A stretch of 64,000 bases of DNA from Planctomycetota bacterium (GTDB taxonomy: Bacteria; Planctomycetota; UBA11346), in contig JBBQSO010000015.1 of NCBI GenBank assembly GCA_038213805.1, positions 14,265 through 78,264 of the forward strand, given 5' to 3'. Of this stretch, positions 59,522 to 64,000 are shown in pieces (position 1 is the first letter of the stretch; each line of letters opens with the position of its first letter). A program made the translations under genes and the position numbers. Below the pieces are notes generated by a model. It was not told the DNA's origin. It worked only from the letters and a program-made list of their open reading frames with translations, and did no database searches.

Positions 59522-60232
59522 ATGTCCGAAAGCGACGCATCCCGGATCGCCACCGTCGAGTCCAGCCTCGGCTACCGCTTCACCGCGCCCGCCGCCCTGC
59601 TCAAGGCCTGCACCCACGCCAGCCGCTGCGGCGCCCAGGCCAGCGACGCGGTCAAGTTGCGCGACGCCAACGAGCGTCTCGAATTTCTCGGCGACGCTCT
59701 GCTCGGCGGGGCGCTCTGCCTGTTGCTCTACCAGCGCCACCCCGACGCCGACGAGGGCCAGCTCTCCCGCCTCAAGTCCCACCTGGTCAGCCGCCAGACC
59801 CTGGCCCGGGCCATCGAGGACATCGGCCTGCTGCCGCACTGCCTGGTCGGCGCGCAGATGAGCATCCCCTGGCCGGACTCGGTCAAGGCCAACCTGATGG
59901 AGAGCGTGCTCGCTGCGATCTTCATCGAAGGTGGCTGGGCGCCGCTGCTGATCGCGGTCGAGCGCCTGCTCGCCACGCGCCTGGCCGACCCCGCCAGCGG
60001 CGAAGAGGACGCGCGCATGCGCCTCCAGGCCTGGTGCCTGGAGCACCACAAGCGCCTGCCCACCTACGCCTGCGCGCGCAGCGGCGGCAGCGACCACGAG
60101 CCCGAGTTCACCGCCAGCGCGACCATCGCCGAGTCCACCGCCAGCGGTACCGGCACCAGCCGTCGGCGTGCGGAGGCTGCGGCCGCCATCGCATTGATGC
60201 TGGTTTTGACCCGGCCGGTTCCGCCTGCTTGA
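59522..60232 (+). CDS. rnc: Ribonuclease III
   Basis: LGYRF, THAS, NERLEFLGDA, EGQLSRLKSHLVS, dsRBD (LQAW...P.Y...G.DH.P.F...G.GTSRRRAE). Confidence 0.93.
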   Translation: MSESDASRIATVESSLGYRFTAPAALLKACTHASRCGAQASDAVKLRDANERLEFLGDALLGGALCLLLYQRHPDADEGQLSRLKSHLVSRQTLARAIEDIGLLPHCLVGAQMSIPWPDSVKANLMESVLAAIFIEGGWAPLLIAVERLLATRLADPASGEEDARMRLQAWCLEHHKRLPTYACARSGGSDHEPEFTASATIAESTASGTGTSRRRAEAAAAIALMLVLTRPVPPA

Positions 60233-60251
60233 GGGGGCGCTACGCTTCGCG

Positions 60252-60419
60252 CTAGACCCTAGACCCTAGACCCTAGACCCTAGACCCTAGGCCCTAGGCC
60301 CTAGACCCTATGATGCCGGCGGACATGTATGGATGGCCGCAGGGAGATTCCCCGCACAATGGGTTGGCGGCCGAAGGCGAGTGGCACCTGCCTTCCCTAG
60401 GGTCTAGCGTCTAGGGTCT
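60252..60419. repeat. (CTAGRCC)x8, 87-bp spacer, inverted (GGTCTAG)x~3
   Basis: Directly visible at 60252-60310 and 60398-60419. Confidence 0.92.
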
Positions 60420-60500
60420 CATCTCCATGGTCTCATCTCCACGGTCTGCTTCCCGGCCCACCACCATGGACAGTCCCCCCAAGCCGGCCATCCTACGCCC

Positions 60501-62525
60501 ATGCCGGAACCGCTCGAGGATTTCAGCGAGATTGAAGAGCTGCCGGACGTCGAGGGCCTGACGCCGGTGCGCTCGCTGGCCGACCTGCGCGCATCGCCAG
60601 TGCCGGTGCGGGTGCGCGAAAAGCTCACCCCCGCGGCGGCCCTGCGCCGCTACTGGGGCTACGATGCCTTCCGCCCGCTGCAGGCCGAGTCCGTGGCCAA
60701 CGTGCTGGCGCGCCGCGACGGCCTCATCGTGCTGCCCACCGGCGGTGGCAAGAGCCTCTGTTACCAGGTGCCCGCGGCCTGCGGCGCCGGTCTGGTGCTG
60801 GTGGTCTCGCCGCTCATCGCGCTGATGGACGATCAGGTCGCCGCGGCGAAAGAGGCCGGACTGTCGGCCGGCGCGTTGCACACCAACGTCGGCGAGCAGG
60901 AGCGCCGCCAGATCCGCGAGGCGCTCGCCGCCGGCACCCTCGACCTGCTCTATCTCAGTCCCGAACGCCTGGTGGTCGGCGACATCCTACCGGCGATCGC
61001 CGACCAGCTCTGCCTGGTCGCGGTCGACGAGGCGCACTGCGTCTCGCACTGGGGCCACGATTTCCGCCCGGAATACCGTCAGCTGCGCAGCGTCCTTGAT
61101 CACATCCCCAAGGTCCCGCGCCTGGGGCTGACCGCCACCGCCACGCCGCAGGTGCAGGGCGACATCTGCACCCAGCTCGGGCTGCGCACGCCGCTGCGCC
61201 TGGTCGGCCACGTCGACCGTCCCAATCTCGCCTACCGCGCCCTGCCGCGCCGCGGCGGCGTCGAACAGGCGCTCGAGGTCATCCGCCGCCACGGCGACGA
61301 GGGCGGCATCGTCTACGCCCAGACCCGCAAAGAGGTCGAGCGCGTCGCCACCAGCCTGGCCGCCGCCGGCGTGCAGTGCGCCGCCTACCACGCCGGCCTG
61401 CCCGCCGCGGAACGCAGCCGCGTGCAGCGCGCCTTCCTCGCCGAGCACCTCGACGTGGTGGTCGCGACCATCGCCTTCGGCATGGGCATCGACCGTTCGA
61501 ACGTGCGCTACGTCATCCACTACAACACCCCGAAGTCGATCGAGCACTACCAGCAGGAGGCCGGCCGCGCCGGTCGCGACGGCCTGCCCGCGGAATGCGT
61601 GCTTCTGTTTAGTGGCGCCGACATCGTCACCCACCGCCGCCTCGCCACCATGGACGGACCGCTGGCACCGGAACGCGGCCGCGCGCTCGACCGCCAGCTG
61701 CGCGAGATCAGCCGCTACGCGGTCGCGCCGGTGTGCCGGCACCGCCTGCTCACCGAGCATTTCGGACAGCCCTATCCGGCGCCGGCCGTCGCTGCGGCTG
61801 CGGCGCTGGCCGCCTCCACGCCGTCCGCCGCCGAGTCCGGCTGCGGCGCCTGCGACGTGTGCCTGGGCGAAACCCTCGAACTGCCCGCCGATGAAGCCCT
61901 GGTCACCGCGCAGAAGATCATCAGCGCCGCCTGGCGCGTCGACGGCCGCTTCGGCGCCGGCCACGTCATCGACGTGCTGCTTGGCCGCCGCACCGACAAG
62001 GTCGAGCGCGCCGGCCACGACCGCCTCGGCGTCTACGGCCTGCTCGCCACCGCCGGCGAGGCCGCGCTGCGCTCGTGGATCGACCAGCTGGTGGTGCAGG
62101 GCTACCTCGCCCTGCGCGAGGACGGCATGTTCAGCTTCCTGGTCCACACCGAAGCCGGCAAGGCGCTGTGCAAGGGCCAGGGCACCGTGCGCCTGGGCCG
62201 CGACGTCGCCCCCGCCAAAGGCAAGCGCGGCGCCAAGGCCGCCAAGGGCGCCGCCGCCCCGGCCGATGTCGCCCCCGCCGACCAGGATCTGTTCGCCCGC
62301 CTGCGCAGCCTGCGCAAGCTCATCGCCGACCACCACGGCGTGCCGCCCTACATCGTCTTCAACGACGTCACCCTGCGCGCCCTGGCCAACCAGCGCCCCA
62401 CCGACGACCGCGCCATGCTCACCGTCAAGGGCGTCGGCGAGAGCAAGCTCGCGCGGTACGGCGCCGCCTTCCTCGCCGTCATTGCCGGCACCTCGCCGGA
62501 GGCCGCACAGTCGGCGATGGAGTAG
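60501..62525 (+). CDS. recQ: ATP-dependent DNA helicase RecQ
   Basis: [53 protein letters not shown], Zn site (CRH...CGACDVC), RQC and HRDC (VPPYIVFND). Confidence 0.95.
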   Translation: MPEPLEDFSEIEELPDVEGLTPVRSLADLRASPVPVRVREKLTPAAALRRYWGYDAFRPLQAESVANVLARRDGLIVLPTGGGKSLCYQVPAACGAGLVLVVSPLIALMDDQVAAAKEAGLSAGALHTNVGEQERRQIREALAAGTLDLLYLSPERLVVGDILPAIADQLCLVAVDEAHCVSHWGHDFRPEYRQLRSVLDHIPKVPRLGLTATATPQVQGDICTQLGLRTPLRLVGHVDRPNLAYRALPRRGGVEQALEVIRRHGDEGGIVYAQTRKEVERVATSLAAAGVQCAAYHAGLPAAERSRVQRAFLAEHLDVVVATIAFGMGIDRSNVRYVIHYNTPKSIEHYQQEAGRAGRDGLPAECVLLFSGADIVTHRRLATMDGPLAPERGRALDRQLREISRYAVAPVCRHRLLTEHFGQPYPAPAVAAAAALAASTPSAAESGCGACDVCLGETLELPADEALVTAQKIISAAWRVDGRFGAGHVIDVLLGRRTDKVERAGHDRLGVYGLLATAGEAALRSWIDQLVVQGYLALREDGMFSFLVHTEAGKALCKGQGTVRLGRDVAPAKGKRGAKAAKGAAAPADVAPADQDLFARLRSLRKLIADHHGVPPYIVFNDVTLRALANQRPTDDRAMLTVKGVGESKLARYGAAFLAVIAGTSPEAAQSAME

Positions 62526-62535
62526 CCCATCGGGA

Positions 62536-62644
62536 GGCGCGAGACGCGCGGCCCGCGGCCCCAGCCTACGAAGTTCACCATGGTTGCCCAGTCCCGGGAT
62601 GCCTCCTCGAGGGTCTAGGGTCTCGCGCCCCGCGCCCCGCGCCC
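62536..62644. repeat. Degenerate heptamer inverted-repeat element after recQ
   Basis: GGCGCGAGAC (62536-45) / GTCTCGCGCC (62620-29), with an adjacent GGGTCTAGGGTCT unit and (CGCGCCC)x3. Confidence 0.6.
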
Positions 62645-62700
62645 CCCGCACAACCCCGCAGCCCTTAACCGTGGAAACCCGCTCCCAGCGGTTTAGAACT

Positions 62701-62853
62701 CCCTCGCCCCTGCTGTGTTCGAGTTCCGGCCGCAATCCCCTGGCCTTTCTCTACCCCAGGGAACCTGCTCGCTACCGGGCCATGCCCGGGAATGGCGGTT
62801 CCCACCTGAACTATAGGTTCAGGGAAGCTTGCTGGTCACGGCACGAGCGGAGG
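62701..62853 (+). ncRNA. ssrS: Probable 6S RNA (SsrS)
   Basis: Hand fold: closing stem CTCGCCCCTGCTGTG / CACGGCACGAGCGGAG, then GAGTTCC / GGAAGCTT, a central bubble with hairpin CCTGAAC-TATAG-GTTCAGG, and an apical stem GGGAACC...CCGGGC-CAT-GCCCGG...GGTTCCC. Ends approximate. Confidence 0.68.
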
Positions 62854-63017
62854 CATTCTTCCTGGTACGATCGGCGCGCGGACGTGGGCGTTCCGCCTCC
62901 CGCCGGCCGTACCTGCGCTGTCCTGCCTGGCGACTGGTCGCCGGCGCTGGCGCGCTCCTCGGTCCGCCGCAGCATCCCGCTGCGCCGGATCGTGATCCCT
63001 CCGCCCGCGGGCCGTCC

Positions 63018-63869
63018 ATGAAGATCACCCTGGCCCAGGCGATGGGCACCTGCTTCGGCGTCCAGGACGCCATCGATCTCGCCCTTGATCCGGAGTTCAA
63101 GGACCGCCTGACCGTGGTCGGCCAGCTGGTGCACAACCCGCAGACCACCGCGCGGCTGCGCGCCAACGGAGTGCGCATCATCGAGCGCGACCAGATCGAC
63201 TCGATCACCACCGCCGCGGTGATGGTGACCGCGCATGGCGCCTCTGACGCGACCAAGGAACAGCTGCGCAGCCGCGGCTTCACCGTCTACGACGCGACCT
63301 GCCCGCTGGTCATCCGCCTCCACAAGCTGGCGCGCTTCCTTGAACGCCTCGGCTACTTCCCGGTGGTGATCGGCGAAGCCAACCACGTCGAGGTGCGCGG
63401 TGTGATCGGCAACCTCGCCAACGCCGCGGTGGTGCGCGACGAAACCGACCTCGCCCAGCTCGCCGGCCATGCGCGCATCGGCGTGGTCAGCCAGACCACC
63501 AACCGCCTGGAGAAGGTCCAGAAGCTGGTCACCGCCATCCGCGCCCTGCCCGGCGTCGAGGACGTGCGCTTCATCGACACCATCTGCGCGCCGGTGAAGG
63601 AGCGCCAGCAGGCCATCCACCAGCTGCTCTCCGAGGACATCGACCTGGGCATCGTCATCGGCGGCCAGAACAGCGCGAACACGCGCAAACTGCAGGAGCT
63701 GATCCTCGACCGCGGTATCGAAGCCCACCACATCGAAGACGCCGCCGAGCTCGACGCCGCCTGGTTCACCGGCAAGCACCACGTCGGCATCACCGCCGGC
63801 ACCAGCACGCCGCAGGACGTCATCGAGGCCGTGCACCGGCGCGTGCGCGAATTGGCCGCAGTGACGTGA
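63018..63869 (+). CDS. ispH: 4-hydroxy-3-methylbut-2-enyl diphosphate reductase
   Basis: GTCFGV, VHNP, TAHG, DATCPLV, HVEV, SQTT, DTIC...ERQ, SANT, GITAGTSTP. Confidence 0.95.
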   Translation: MKITLAQAMGTCFGVQDAIDLALDPEFKDRLTVVGQLVHNPQTTARLRANGVRIIERDQIDSITTAAVMVTAHGASDATKEQLRSRGFTVYDATCPLVIRLHKLARFLERLGYFPVVIGEANHVEVRGVIGNLANAAVVRDETDLAQLAGHARIGVVSQTTNRLEKVQKLVTAIRALPGVEDVRFIDTICAPVKERQQAIHQLLSEDIDLGIVIGGQNSANTRKLQELILDRGIEAHHIEDAAELDAAWFTGKHHVGITAGTSTPQDVIEAVHRRVRELAAVT

Positions 63870-63870
63870 C

Positions 63871-63986
63871 CCCTGGGACCGCCGAGCCCCAGCTCGGCTC
63901 GGATCCTGCTGTCCCTGGGAGCGCCGAGCCCCAGCTCGGCTCGGATCCTGCTGTCCCTGGGAGCGCCGAGCCCCAGCTCGGCTCGG
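63871..63986. repeat. Tandem array of 42-bp REP-like palindromic units (x~2.8)
   Basis: CCCTGGGASCGCCGAGCCCCAGCTCGGCTCGGATCCTGCTGT starting at 63871, 63913 and 63955; internal hairpin GAGCCGAGC-like arms GCCGAGC-CCCA-GCTCGGC. Confidence 0.88.
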
Positions 63987-64000
63987 GTCTTAGTGCAGTG

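Noticed and set aside
59880..59905. Inactive RNase III because of ANLMES instead of the usual ADxxE
   Set aside because: The signature ERLEFLGD and the second catalytic Glu are intact; a single D-to-N change is not enough to call it inactive.
63871..63986. CRISPR array
   Set aside because: The linkers are identical and short, there are no unique spacers, and no cas genes are in the window.

Overview
A GC-rich (roughly 70-75% by eye) bacterial chromosomal segment, most likely from a Planctomycetota/PVC-type organism (DUF1501 + PSD1/planctomycete cytochrome c pair, FecR-ECF pair, eukaryotic-like Ser/Thr kinases). Housekeeping genes: folC (5' partial), pstS-like, pfp, mreC, xerC, pncB-nadE with an NrtR-type operator, rpsD, topA, rnc, recQ, ispH and a probable 6S RNA. 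Accessory content: a 1494-aa NHL/PA14/ELWxxDGT secreted protein, a pseudokinase-TM-FGE protein, a ~4-kb lower-GC signalling islet behind xerC (intact PAS kinase and hemerythrin-REC, two broken REC genes), a YhaO/YhaN (SbcDC-like) pair, a NatAB-like transporter and a four-gene sugar activation/glycosylation cassette. The two most unusual observations are (i) a divergent locus in which a FecR-type anti-sigma factor and the PSD1 cytochrome c protein carry the same ~170-aa domain, and (ii) a family of intergenic elements built as short tandem repeat / unique spacer / inverted tandem repeat, two of which bracket a head-to-head kinase-RNase III gene pair. All family assignments come from motif recognition by eye, not database searches.
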